Positions 11,301 through 25,400 of a DNA stretch of 64,000 nt are shown one piece after another. Source of the DNA: Eledone cirrhosa (Eukaryota); assembly GCA_964016885.1 (NCBI GenBank), contig OZ024755.1, positions 21,700,001-21,764,000 on the forward strand. The letters run 5' to 3'. Numbering within the stretch: position 1 is the stretch's first letter; each line of letters begins with the position of its first letter. A program made the translations under genes and the position numbers. Under the pieces are notes generated by a model that ran no database searches, was not told the DNA's origin, and saw only the letters and a program-made list of their open reading frames with translations.

Positions 11301-14300
11301 GGCGGTGGATTGGCAGTATCGGTAGGGGGTCGGACGACATGCTTTGACGCATAGAGTTACGGCCCTTGCCATTCTGAGTTCAAATCCTGCCGAGGTTAAC
11401 TTTGCCTTTCATCCTTATGGGGTCGATAAAATAAAGTACCAGTATACACTGGATAATTGCTGGCCTTGTGCCAAAAGTAGAAACAATTCTTTCATATTGC
11501 TACAATTTCATTTTCTGGATTGATATCTTCACCACTATTTTGGTTTAACACTTTAGCATTTACATTATTCTATATTTACGATTGTATTTTCACGGTAAAC
11601 ACTTTATTTCACATAATATCGAATATTTGAGATTTTGATATTTATTTTGAGAACAATACCTTAATATAAATATGAGCAGCTGGTTATGGCCAGCTTGAAT
11701 AGAAAAAGGTGAGAGAATTCTGGCCAGATACGGCCAGTTTAAATGCTAAAGGGTTAACAGAGCCGCTTTTCTAAACTTTAACTTTGTAGTAGAGTTTATT
11801 TTGTTATTATTAATATTATTTGCATGTCGGTGGCGATGGGATGAATGCACTTACTGTCTTTGTTACATAATCTTTATAAAAGAAAATACAATATAAACTA
11901 ACCTGAATCACAGTGGCATCTGTAATCCATTTTGTTAATATACTTTGCAATATTGGGGCAATATGTTGCATTATGACTAGAACCTAGAAGGAAAAAATAT
12001 ATATATATTTTAAAATAAGCACAATTCTACAATAAATACATTAATAATAGTTCAATATTATTCTCGAGCCGGGCTTTGCATTGTGTTCTTGAGCAAGTCA
12101 CTTTATTTCACATTGCTCCAGTTCACTCAACTGTAGAAATGAGTTGCAACATCAATGGTGCCAAGCTGTATCTGCCTTTGCCTTTCCCTTGGACAACATC
12201 GGGGGCATGGAGACGAAAGACTGGTATGCATGACCGACTGCTGATCTTCCACAAACAACCTCGCCCGGACTTGTGCCGTGGGGGGGGGGGGGGGGGGGGG
12301 CTTTCTAGGTGCAAATCCCATGGCCATTTGTGACCGAAGGGGGGTCTTACCCTTTACTTCAATATTAAACAGTTTTTAAGACAAATCTACAATAACTACA
12401 TTAATAATATTTAAACATTAATTAAACAGTTTTTAGAACAATCAATCTTTCTTTTCTTTTCTTGTTTTTACATCTGTTTTTTTTTCTTTTTCGCGAGGAT
12501 GTAGGAAAGGCACCATTTTTGTCAGTCAAATCAGAACAATTTGTTGAAAGAAATAATTCAAAAAGTGGAAAATGTGGAGTTATACACCAACCACAACACA
12601 GATATTTTAAGGTTTCATCACTGAAGACCAGGCGGTCAGTAATTTAACACCCTACCTTTATATACTTTATTTTAAATATATTAGTTAATTATTTCATCTC
12701 ACAGTCATCTTGCCTATAATGTTGATTCTTTTGTGATTTCAATAATAGAATCATAGATTGAATGCTATGAGATGCTACAAGCTTATTTCTCATGACATAT
12801 AAAACAAAAAAGAACCCTCAAGTTTATAAGTCATAATATATAAATGAATGAATGTAAGGAGAAATAAACTTCATTACATTATTTTATATGTTAAAGCCCC
12901 ACGAACAGAAAAAAAGAAAAAAGAAGGAAGAGAAGAAGAAATGCTAAAGCTGGCTGAAATTATAAGGTACCAGCTTACTAACTGTGAATTATTGACTTGT
13001 TGGTGGTGGTGATGAATGTAAATAGATATCATACAGTTTACTGTTGTAAGCAATAGGGAAAGTATATAACTGATGATTGCTTGCTAATACACAGTTTAGT
13101 AACCAAATCCTTCAATTGGTTGGGGGAAATACAATAGAAAACAAGTTATTGAAAATCAAAACCTACTTACTGGATTTGGTTGGTTCAACTTTGAATTTTT
13201 CTCAACCTCTTCAGATGTGCCTTGTTCAGAGTCGGTTTTCTCAGCATTAATTGTGGAAATTAGCCAACTTAACATATCAAGTTTTTGGTTAATGGCTTCC
13301 CATATAGGTTTGGATGGCTAAAATAATCAAATAACAGGTTAAATATATATATATATAAATAAAATCAAATAACAGGTTAACAAATCGGTTCTGGTAATAA
13401 TGAACTATTGATTGGTTGACTTATTCTCCAATTCAGAAACTGCAAGAGCAGTCGTAGAATTTGATCCGATAATTGTTTCTACTTTTGGCACAAAGGCCAG
13501 CAATTACCCAGTGTATTACTGGTACTTTATTTTATCGACCCCATAAGGATGAAAGGCAAAGTTAACCTCGGTGGGATTTGAACTCAGAATGGCAAGGGTC
13601 GTAACTATGTGTCAACGCATGATGGCGTCTGACCCTCTACCGATACTGCCAATCCACAATGACCATCTCAATCTATTGAAGTGGTCTAGGTTATTTATTT
13701 TTCAATTCACAGACTGTTTTTGTGGTCAGGCTCCTTGAGGTTGTATATATCCCTAGGTAATGGTATTTTATCGACCCATCAGGGATATACATAAATGATT
13801 CTCTCTCTCTGAGAGAGAGAGAAATGATATAAAAAATGGTGTGCTCATGTGCAGAGATGCTATAAAATAGGATGAAGACCCTTTAAAGGGTGGATTGGGT
13901 GCTTTTTATCATGGCACCAAAACAGCCAACCAACAGGTTATACTTGGTACTTTTTATCATGTCACTAACACAACCACTTTACATTGTCAGCTAGGTACTT
14001 TTTGTCATGTCACTAACATGACAACTTTACAGGGTGTACTGGGTACTATTTATTGTGGCACCAAAAAGGACCAACTTGAAGGTAAAATAATAAAAGTATG
14101 TGTACCTCTTCTTTTGCTAGAAGTTCAAGTTCTTGGATCTGGGGACTGATCAATTTATCGAGGTATAACATAATTTCCTGGAACTGTAAAACACTGAGAA
14201 CGTGTCCTGTTATAGCCATCATTCGAGTTAATTCTTTTGGCTACAAATAAACATGTAAAAACAAATTTTAATATTTTATATAGAGAAATATATACATTTG

Positions 14301-15139
14301 ATAAATATTTTATATAGCAGAATTACAGAAATATCTGATAAATATTTCATATAGCAGGATTATATATCTGATAAAAAGCTTATATAGAGGAATTAAGATA
14401 ATGAAAATTATTGTGTACAGTGCTCAGGTGCACTACAATATATATTGAAATATATATCTGATAAATAGTTTATATAGCAGAATTATAGAAATACATATCT
14501 GATAAATATTTAATATAGCAGAATTATATATCTGATAAGTAGTTTATACATGTATGTATTGACTGCTATAATATCACAATAACAATAAGAAAATATAAAT
14601 TTACTCTAGGTGAAAAAAAAAAAGAGAATAAGTTAACTATTTACAAAATATTTAAAGTGTTCACAGTAAAACATCATAATAAAGTTTTTTGAAATTTTAC
14701 CTTAAGAGTTTTCATTTGCAGAACATTCTGAAAAGATTGAAATTTCGAAAATGATTCAGAAAAGTCTCATAAAACATTATAAAAAAAAGTATAAATATGT
14801 ACACAAAACAATAGTGTAGAAAATAATAGTTAAATTGACCCTAGTGTGTTACTGGTACTTTATTTTATTGGCTCCTGCCCCCCACCTCCCATAAGGATGA
14901 AAGGCAAAGCTAATCTCAACAGGATTTGAACTCAGAATGTAAAGAGTTGTAACTATATGCTTGCAAAACATGGTGTTCGACGCTCTACCCAAACTGCCAA
15001 TCAACAAAATAATAACAGAAGTTTGATGTTATTTTAAATTATCCAAAAGTTAGTATAATTATTATACTGGCAACATATAATCTTTCTGAAATAGAAGTAT
15101 AAAATTTCTTGAAAATCTAATTTTTAAAAGATGCCTTTG

Positions 15140-15192
<53 letters not shown>

Positions 15193-18100
15193 CTTCTAAG
15201 ACTTATAAGATAGATATTTCTCTTTGAAATTACCAAATCACTATTTAATCACTACTGAGGGAGTTTCTACACAAGGTAACAAAGAAACATTTATAGAGTC
15301 ACTTTACTTGCTCAAGGCAGCAGCTGAGTCTCCAACACACTGCCTAAATAAATTATAAAAACTCTTGAAAATCAGCAGAGCTGATTTTCAATATATATAT
15401 ATATATATAAGACATTTTTTCCAATTCCAACCCGCCCGTCCCTTCAATCTATCTTATTTCTCCTTCTTTCTTCTGATGAAAGACTAGCGTCTGAAACATT
15501 AAGACCCTCTTCCTGCTATTTCAAGCATTAACCTAATATATTCCTTCCATTAACTGTACCGATTGTGTTGTTATTTCTGTTTACCTTTAATATATATATT
15601 ATCAGGATAGTTGTGTAGTAATAAAAAAAAAAAACTTACTTGACAAGCAGTTAGAATTTGGGGTGCAAAAGGTGGGAGATGATCTCGGGTCTCTTTTGTA
15701 ACATCTTTCAAAGCCAAAGAGGCAGGTGTCACAACCTCAGGATTCTGTAGAGCTTCAAGTAACATTGGAATCACAGACTGAAGTACATCTGGATTCCAGT
15801 TCAACCATTCAGCAAATGACCCTTAAACATAAACAATTATTATTCATAAACAATTATTCGTAAAGATGGCTGTATAATTCTATGTATCAGCCATTATGGT
15901 TCTCACGAGGAGCTAGAGAATAAATTCTGGCTATGGAAACAGCAGTTGGAATCAAGAGGCCTGAGAGTGAACATAGCTAAAACAAAAGTGTTGATAAGTA
16001 GAAGAGAGGACAATACTCTGATTCCATCAGGGAAATGGTCCTGTTCGGTATGTAGGAAAGGAACTGGCATAAATTCCATAAAATATACGCAATGCAGATC
16101 TTAGGTACACAAGGGATGTAGTGGGATAGCAGGCAAACTAACAGGTAGGGAAAACTACGTATGCAGTAGTTGTACAGGGAAAGTTGGCAGTAGTAGACAT
16201 TTTTGAAAGTTGGTAGAAAGTTGGCAGTGATAGACATTTTTCCAATGCAGGTGGGTTCTATAGAAGTGGTTGATAGCTTCTGGTACCTAGGTGATCAGAT
16301 TAGCATGGGAGGGGGTGTTCCGAGGCCATAGTATCTAGAATAAGGACGGGTTGGAAGAAGTTTAGGGAGCTACTTCCTCTGTTGACAAAGAAGGGTTTCT
16401 CCCTGCGTACGAAAGGACGGTTATATGATGCCTGTGTGAGATGTGCAATGCTGCATGGTAGTGAGACATGGGCAACAACTGCAGAAGATATGCGACGGCT
16501 GGAGAGAAATGAAGCAAGTATGCTCCGTTGGATGTGCAATGTCAATGTGCGTGAATGACCAAGCATAGACGAGTTGAGAAAGAAACTGGGTATAAGAGGG
16601 ATAAGTTGTGGTGTGCAGGAGAGCAGGCTAAGATGGTATGGACATGTGATGCGCATGGAGGATGACCGCTGGGTAAAGAAGTGCCAAGAAATCCCAGTAG
16701 AGGTAGACCATGAAAAACATGGGCGGAGGTGGTGAGAGCAGACCTCAGATCGCTGAAACTTATCGAGGAGATGACGAAGGACCGTGACAAGTGGAGAGAT
16801 GCTGTGCTGAATAGGACTCGTCCCACCCTTGCAAGCAGGGAAAAGCGGGCGTAAAATGATGATGATGATGATGATGATGATGATAATAACAAAAAAAAAA
16901 GTAAAGAACAAGATAATCAAGAAATTTTATAAAAAATCTTTGATATTCAGCTCTCAGTTATAGAACATTTTATAATGGTAATTAAGTAAATTATATATAG
17001 GTAATTAGCAAATCTATATATTGGAATTTTCCTTAGAACCAAACTAATAGTTGTTCGTGGAAATCACCACATATTCGCGGAATCGTAAATATCTTCTAAG
17101 TTTTTTGTGGCTTTTTTCGGGGCAATATATATTTTTTCACGCTTTTTAACGCTAAATTATTAATAACAATATACCGTATTTGCCAGCCTATGTTTTACGT
17201 TATGTATTGACGTTTATAGGCATTTTTATGGACCAAGTCCAATATTCGCAGTCTTTCACTCTTTGCATGTGCTCTAGGGACGTAACCCCCACGGATACCG
17301 GGGGACAACTGTATAGGTAATTAACAAATCTATATATATAGGTAATTAGCAAATCTATATATATAGGTAATTAACAAATCTATATATATAGGTAATTAAC
17401 AAATCTATATTCAGGTAATTATGATATAATGAAATTATTGTGTAAAGTGCTCAGGTGCACTACAACTCGTCAAAGGTGTATGTATAGTACATAGAATAAT
17501 ACACAAATGTCAGGGAAGTGAATAGTGTAAGAGTCATGGTATACATGTGTGTATGTGTATGGAGGGGGAACATTAGGTGTAGTGTTGGCGAGTCTCGGGA
17601 AGCATGGAGGCCTTAAAGGATGCTTATCAAGTGGATTGGCAGTATCGGTAGAGGGTCGGACGCCATGCTTTCCAGCATAGTTACGTCCCTTTACGATCTG
17701 AGTTCAAATCCCGCCGAGGTTGACTTTGCCTTTCATCCTTACGGAGTCGATAAAATAAAGTACCAGTAATGCACTGGATAATAGCTGGCCTTGTGCCTAA
17801 AGTAGAAACAATTATCAAATCTATATATAGGTAATTATCAAATCTACATTTAGGTAATTATCAAATCTATATATAGGTAATTAGCAAATCTATATTTAGG
17901 TAATTATCAAATCTATATATAGGTAATTATCAAATTACATGACAGGATGAGCAACACCTGGATTTGACAGCAGACTGGCTTGAAGGACATCAAGAAGGGC
18001 AAACATAGATGGGCTGGCCATGTTTCTTGTTTCAAAGACAACAGATGAACTATTAGAGTGACAGGCAGTGGAGAAGAATCAGAGGATGGCCAATGGCAAG

Positions 18101-19769
18101 ATGGTGTGATGATCTGACCTGATACATCAGCTCCACATGGGTAGGAAGTGGTGGAGGTCAACCAGGGAGAGGGTTCCTCCGACAGGAGTGAAAAGGCCCT
18201 GGATTTTGGATCAAATCTATATATAGGTAATTATTAAATCTATATTCTATTGAGGTGTTATTTTTAATAATGCCCAGCCCCTAAATATGTTGCACCATAC
18301 AAGTATTGAAACATATGTGAATAATTATCAAGTTTATATGAAGATCATATTTACTATTTTTAATGTTTATTCCCTAAATGTGTTCTAGTATGTAAACATC
18401 ACTCACCAATCATTGCTAATGTGGTTGATATAAGTGTTGGATGGTGAAAAGTTAACTGTGGTAGAAAGTTCAATAAAGCAGGTAAATAAGTCTTCTCACT
18501 CAGTTCAACTCTTTCAGCTATGGCACTGTAGAGGAAAAATATTCCTTCAAACACCTGGAAATAGAAATAAATTAATTTAGAAATTTGGAAACTTGAGATT
18601 ACATTTCCAGAAAATGTTCATAATGTTTATGCAACATTATCATATAACAATTACAGGATATATATGATATAATAATAACATATAACACATGTCCTCTGGC
18701 ACTAAGGGACTTAAGACCCTCCAATAATTTGTTTCAATATTTTTGTGCTTTGGTATTTACTACACTGATTTTCTATTGACTCTAAATATGTTAGTATGAT
18801 CATGTTTTTAATTTCTTTCTTAGTCTTAGTTTTGTATTAGTAATAAAAAAAAGCAAGAACTAATAATAATTGTTTCTACATTAGGCACAAGGCCAGACGA
18901 GAACTAATAATAATAATAATACATATGTACAGTATATATATATATATATATATATTTAGGTTTGTTGGTTCACCACTGGATAGACCTGGTCATTCCGTAT
19001 GGTCAACCTCGATGTAATATTAGGGAGAGCACTCGACGTAATGAGGGCGGCTGACCGGGCTAGAAGCTGCTAAATGTTCGGCCACCCTCCTGTCTCTGCT
19101 TTTCAGCCCCATGGATTTTGTCTATTATATTCCTTTGTTAAATTTCGAATACCTGATGATGTCCCCGGATTCATACTGAACCCGGTCACTGAAATGATCA
19201 TTATATAGATATATATATATATATTTTTGCAGACTCTTTATATACATTTCAATAGTGGCCAGTAGAATTCCATCAACTTCATCAAGTGCATTGCATAACA
19301 GTCATAAAGGAATTGTGGTAATACAAGCTGGGTATACGATATATATATATATATACTTAAGCGACACCCACTAACCCCAAACTGTAACGGAAGCTCTGTA
19401 ACATATAACATAACATTATGATATAACAAATCCCACCGAGGTTAACTTTACCTTTCATCCTTATGGGGTCGATAAAATAGAGTACCAGTAATGCACTGGG
19501 TAATTGCTGGCCTTGTGCCAAAAGTAGAAACAATTATATAACAAAATAACATTGTACAATAACGTTAACCACAGATAATCTTTAAATTAAATGTAAAACG
19601 TCAATATTTACCTGCCATTGTACATCGTGTGTAGATTGAGCAGAATTGTTCAATACAGACCATAAATAAGGCAAGATAAAATCTTTTAATAATGTAAAAG
19701 AATACATCTGGAAGAAAATTATTACATAAATATCTTAGTATATATATATAACATTTTAACAACTGATGT

Positions 19770-19822
<53 letters not shown>

Positions 19823-22113
19823 CAAAACATTTTAATAATTGATGTGAGTATATATAATATTTTAACAACTGATGTGAGTATATATAATATTTTAACAACT
19901 GATGTGAGTATATATATATAATATTTGAACAACTCATGTTGGCACATATATATATCATTTTAACAATTGATGTAATATCATAGATATAAATTATTAGTAT
20001 TTACATATCTAGTATTATTATTATTACCTATTGAAAATTTAGCATTTTACAATGCCATTACTCATTCTAATGATTGCTTAGTAAGAACTTAAAGTAAAAA
20101 CACTTCCAGTGTTTTAAATCATTAATAAAAAGAAATATATGAAAGTATATGAATAATAAACATTTATAAATCTCGCTTTTTTGTATGATAAAAAGATAAA
20201 AAACTATTTTCATCGTCAACATTGTTAAAGCTGCTACTTCTCTGAATTGAAAAATCACAGTTCTGATACTTGGACATACTTAGAATGTCTGAAGGAAAGA
20301 ATCGCTGGACAGATTAAACAGGTAAAACCAATCGGCAGGAGACCCAGAGCAAAATAGTTGAACTCGGCATGGTTGAGGACTCTGCCCAAACAACCCTCCC
20401 AGGAATAAGTGGGTGAAGGAGAAGGAAGGAAGGTGGAGAAGCAGAAGAAGATATTATTGATTACAGCTTTACATAATTAAAAACTTACCATAGTATCTCC
20501 AATATCATGTCGATAGCACCTGAACTGTTCCTTTTGTTCTACAATAGACACAATAGACACCAAATAATACAATAGACACAGTATGTAAATACAAAAACAC
20601 AAACAGCTTATCAACAACTAATTTATTATATCTGCAAGTGTGAAATTCTAGTGTGGAGGCCCATAGCCTAGTTGTATGTGTGTTGGACTTAAGATCATAA
20701 TGTCATGGGTTCGATTCCTGGACTGGGTTGTGTTCTTGAGCAAAACAGTTCATTTTACGCTGCTCCAGTATACTCAGCTAAAAATGAGTCCCAGCAATAG
20801 CTGGAGGTTAAACCCAGCAATGGACTGATGTCCTGTCTAGGAGAGAGTCATGTATTCTCAGTCAATTAATGCCACGAAACTGGGATAAGCACTGGCCTGA
20901 TGCACCTTCAGGCTCAAAACAGACTTTAGACTTTCTGGGTTTTTTTAGAAATTCTAAAGACTGGTATGTTTTTATCAATAAATTTAGAAGATAAAACAGT
21001 AGAAAATTGAAAGAGTTCAGCTAGAATTAAGTTTTGATTTACTTCAGACAATAACCTACAATAAATGTAATCATCATGTTCCTACAACTGGTGCAGCCAT
21101 TTGTTGGGGTGACTGGTGCAGCCATTTGTTTGAGTGACCGATGCAGCCATTTGTTTGAGTGACTGGTGCAGCCATGTGTTGGGGTGACTGGTGGAGTTAG
21201 TTGTTGGGGTGACTGGTGGAGCCATCTGTTGGGGTGACTGGTGGAGTTAGTTGTTGGGGTGACTGGTGGAGTTAGTTGTTGGGGTGACTGGTGGAGCCAT
21301 CTGTTGGGGTGACTGGTGGAGTTAGTTGTTGGGGTGACTGGTGGAGTTAGTTGTTGGGGTGACTGGTGGAGCCATCTGTTGGGGTGACTGGTGGAGTTAG
21401 TTATTGGGGTGACTGGTGGAGCCATCTGTTGGGGTGACTGGTGGAGCCAGTTGTTGGAGTGACTGGTGCAGCCAGTTCCGGGGGGGTGACTGGTGGAGCC
21501 AGTCATTGGAGTTCTTTGTATTATAGACAATCAATATAATACCAAGCAGTAAACAACAGGAATTATAATGTAGTGATTTAAACAATAAGGAGTACTGTGA
21601 TAACAATATAATAGAAGAATACGTTGTTAAAATAAAGGATGAAAATATAGATGTTCCATTAAATATACTGAGATAGCAGTCAGTGTTGTATTGGACAATT
21701 TCTGATTATAAGGTAATAAAATCGATGTCTAATTGGTAAAACAAACCCAATGAGATATATACAGTCTACCCTGTAAGGTGGTTGTCCTGATGAAAAAGCA
21801 TCCAGTCCACCCTGTAAGGAGGTCGTACAAGTGCCATGATAAAAAGCATCCAGCCCACCCAGTTAGGTGGTAGTGATGGTGCCACAAAAAAAAAGCACCC
21901 AGTCTACTCAGTGTTGGTGCCATGAAGAAAGCTCCTAGTCCACCGTGTATGGGGGTAGTGATTGTACCATGATAAAAGCTCCCAGAAAACCAAGCCAAAA
22001 TTGGATTGTATGTGCAAGATGTGGTCACCTTAGTCAGGCCTCATAATAAGGTGATAACCTATCTAACCAATACTAGCATGGAAAATAGACGTTAAATGGC
22101 GATGATGATGATA

Positions 22114-22145
<32 letters not shown>

Positions 22146-22387
22146 TTCAAGAGTAACCAATCTTAAAGAGAGAGATTGAGATAGTAGAGGAGATATGATA
22201 GGAAAGATTGGTGAGTTAGTTAGAAGCCAAAGCGTAAAGGCATGTGCTCAATGTGCAATATGCAGTAGAAAGCAGCTAGGTGGCTGGGTTCATGCAGAGG
22301 TTAGGTGCGCAGAGCTGGAAATATTAATTAGTTAAGCAAAACAAGACCACAAATTGTGAAATTTGTGGTCTTGTTTTGCTTAACTAA

Positions 22388-22423
<36 letters not shown>

Positions 22424-25400
22424 TATAAATAGACCTTAAAAGTTGTTATACTGCCCATTTGTTAATCTCAACAAAGATAAAGTGAAAGAGTTTACCTGTT
22501 GACCAAGAATTGTACTCCTGATCCGGTGGGTATTGTACTTTTGTCAGCAATACTTCAACCAATTTACAATATATCTCTCGAAATATCGGCATCAATTGTG
22601 GATCAGCGTCAGAACCAAGCTCCACAAGTTCATCCTGAAAAAATTTTTTTTACATCTGAAGACACTTTACAGTTTATAAAAATAAGAAATTGTTTAAATA
22701 AAGAAAAGATGACATTTAATGGTGTGTGTGTGTCTGATGAGGTCATACCTGGATAGCGTACCAAAAGGTGAATGTCAGCTCACTACAAGTTTCATCAACA
22801 GGGTAGTAACCAGGCAAACCAGTGCAAGCCTAATAAAGAAGAAAGAAGGCATGGAAATACACATACACAAACTTTATATATCACAACAAAAGCAAGTTAT
22901 AGAACAAAAACAATAAGTCATAAAGTGATACAATTGAAAGGAGTAGGTAGAAATTTGATAATAAATTAATAGTGAATTAATAAGAAAATTAAGATCTATA
23001 AAACCCATTAGGAAGCATGTTAAAGAAGAATGAGGTGAGTTATTTATATCAAGTTAAATGAGAGAGAGATGGAGGCTGTACATTAATCTAATTTATGCTA
23101 GCATGAAAAACATTGTGATAGTGGCTCATAAATCCTGAAGGTTACCAATAAAATAGTTTTTTGTAAATATGTAGGTAGGCCAATAGGTAGGTATTTAGGA
23201 AGTTAGGTAGATGAATTAATTCAACTGTAGCATTGTCACCATTATTATTGTTTTATGTCCTTTTTTCCATGCTGACATAAGTTAGATGAGACATTTGGAT
23301 GTAGGATTTTATGGCAAGATACCCTTTCTGATGTCACGAATGACCATGGGTTTTGCACCTAGGAAGTTCACCTCCAAGGCACAAGCCCAGGCAAGGATGT
23401 TTTTGTGAAAGACCAGCAGTCTCCTATAGATACCAGTCTCTACTCCCCATGCCACCAATGTTGTCCAAGCTGATACAGCTTGGCACCAGTGATGTATTAA
23501 CTCATTTCTTCAGCTGAGTAAACTGGAGCAACATGAAATAAAGTGTTTTGCTCGAGAACACAACACATCGCCTGGCCCAAGAATCCAACTCACAACCTCA
23601 AGCAACACTACAAAATCTTTGATAAATTTTTGAGGCAAGGGAGAGACATATACACATCCACTTCATATTTGAAGAGTTAAATGAAAATTCTGAAAACTTA
23701 CCATTACCATATACATGAGATTCAAAGAATTTTGCTTCTGATTGTCATCTCCATTTGGAAAAGAATTAATCAACAACTTGGAATGGGTTTCAGCAATGGA
23801 CACTACAAGTCGACAGATTATGCTACAGACCTCCTGAAAATATATTTTAAAAAATGATACTAGTTTCACATAATCGTTTCCAACAGAGGTACAAGATCAC
23901 AAAACAACACATTTTGAAAGAGGGATGGAATATGGTTGATTAGATCAATCCATGGAATATAACCAACATTTCTATTATGAAACCATGAAGGATGGGAAGC
24001 AAACTTAATCTCAGAATGGAACTAAATACAAAAACTACATTTTTTTCTGCCACTCTACAGACTCTTCCATTTACCATCATCATCGATTAACGTCTATCTT
24101 CCAAGCTAGCATGGGTTAGACGGGCCCCATTTAGAGGCAAGTTGGGTTGGATGACTGTGTCTCGCTCATATAGGGGTGTTTCTGGCTGGTTTTCTAGGGC
24201 TGGATGCCCTTCCTAACGCCAACCACATTGACAGTGTGTGCTGGGTGCTTTTTGCCGTGTCGTTTATACGTCCACTTTACAGTGTGGGCTGGGTGCTTTT
24301 TGCCGTGTCTTTTACATGTCCTCTTCACAAAATAATCATTCACAGTTGTTGGCTGTGACACCATTTTATAATTCCTGATTACAACATTATAGTAAAGTTT
24401 CAAACAATAATTTACATTATGTGTGAAGCTCAGATTTTTTAACTTACTTAAGCAAGGAGGAAATAAATTTATGAGATGTAGGAATCTCAGTCACAGAAAA
24501 TAACTGCAATTACAGTCAGTTGATATAAAATAGTTTGATTCTTTGTAGTAGCTGCTGGCAACATTTTTTTCCATTTCTAAGGGTCTTTGCCCCTGATTTT
24601 TATATTTAGCAGATGATAACTTACAATATTTTTTTCATCAATGGCTCTCTTGAGAACAGGCTGTAGCTGTATAACATGGGGCAGGAGTTTCTGTACAGTG
24701 TAAGGAAATCTGGAATACAGAAAATATATATTAGTGTGTGTAAGGATTTAATATAAAGATAAACATCTTAAAGTGGACAGTTTTGTAACATAAACCCAAG
24801 ACAGTTTCAGGACAATTTTTTTTTTATCATAAACCTAACAATTTTGAGTCAGTTTTGTATCATAAGCCCAAGAGTTTTGGGACAGCATTGTATCATAAAC
24901 CCCAAAAGTTTCGGGGTAGTTTTGAGTCAGTTTTGTATCATAAACCCAAGACAGCTTCAGGACAGTTTGGTATTTTAAACCCAACAGTTTCGGGGCAGTT
25001 TTGTATAATAAACCCAAGACAATTTCAGGGCAATTTTATATCATAAACCCAAGACAATTTCAGAGTAGTTTTGTATCACAAACCCAAGACTGTTTTGGGA
25101 CAGCTTTGTCTAATAAACCCCAAACAGTTTTAGGGCAGTTTTGTATCATAAACCCAAGACAGTTTTGGGGGAGTTTTTTTATCAAAAGGGTTAATAACTA
25201 ACTCCCATTTTTAGATAGTCAATTTATTATTATTATTAAAGAGCAGTAGGTTGGCAGAAGGGTTATAGCATTGGACAAACATGTAGCAATATTTGTTTAA
25301 GTATGAAGTAGTTCTGCTACAGACTCTTTATGTTTGAGTTCAATTTCTGCTGTCATCCTTTTGGGTTTAATAAAATAAAGTACCAGTCAATTACTAGGGT

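Noticed and set aside
21039-21530. 163-aa repetitive ORF and Chi-like CTGGTGG
   Set aside because: The ORF is an artefact of the 75-bp periodicity, and the Chi similarity is partial and uninformative here.
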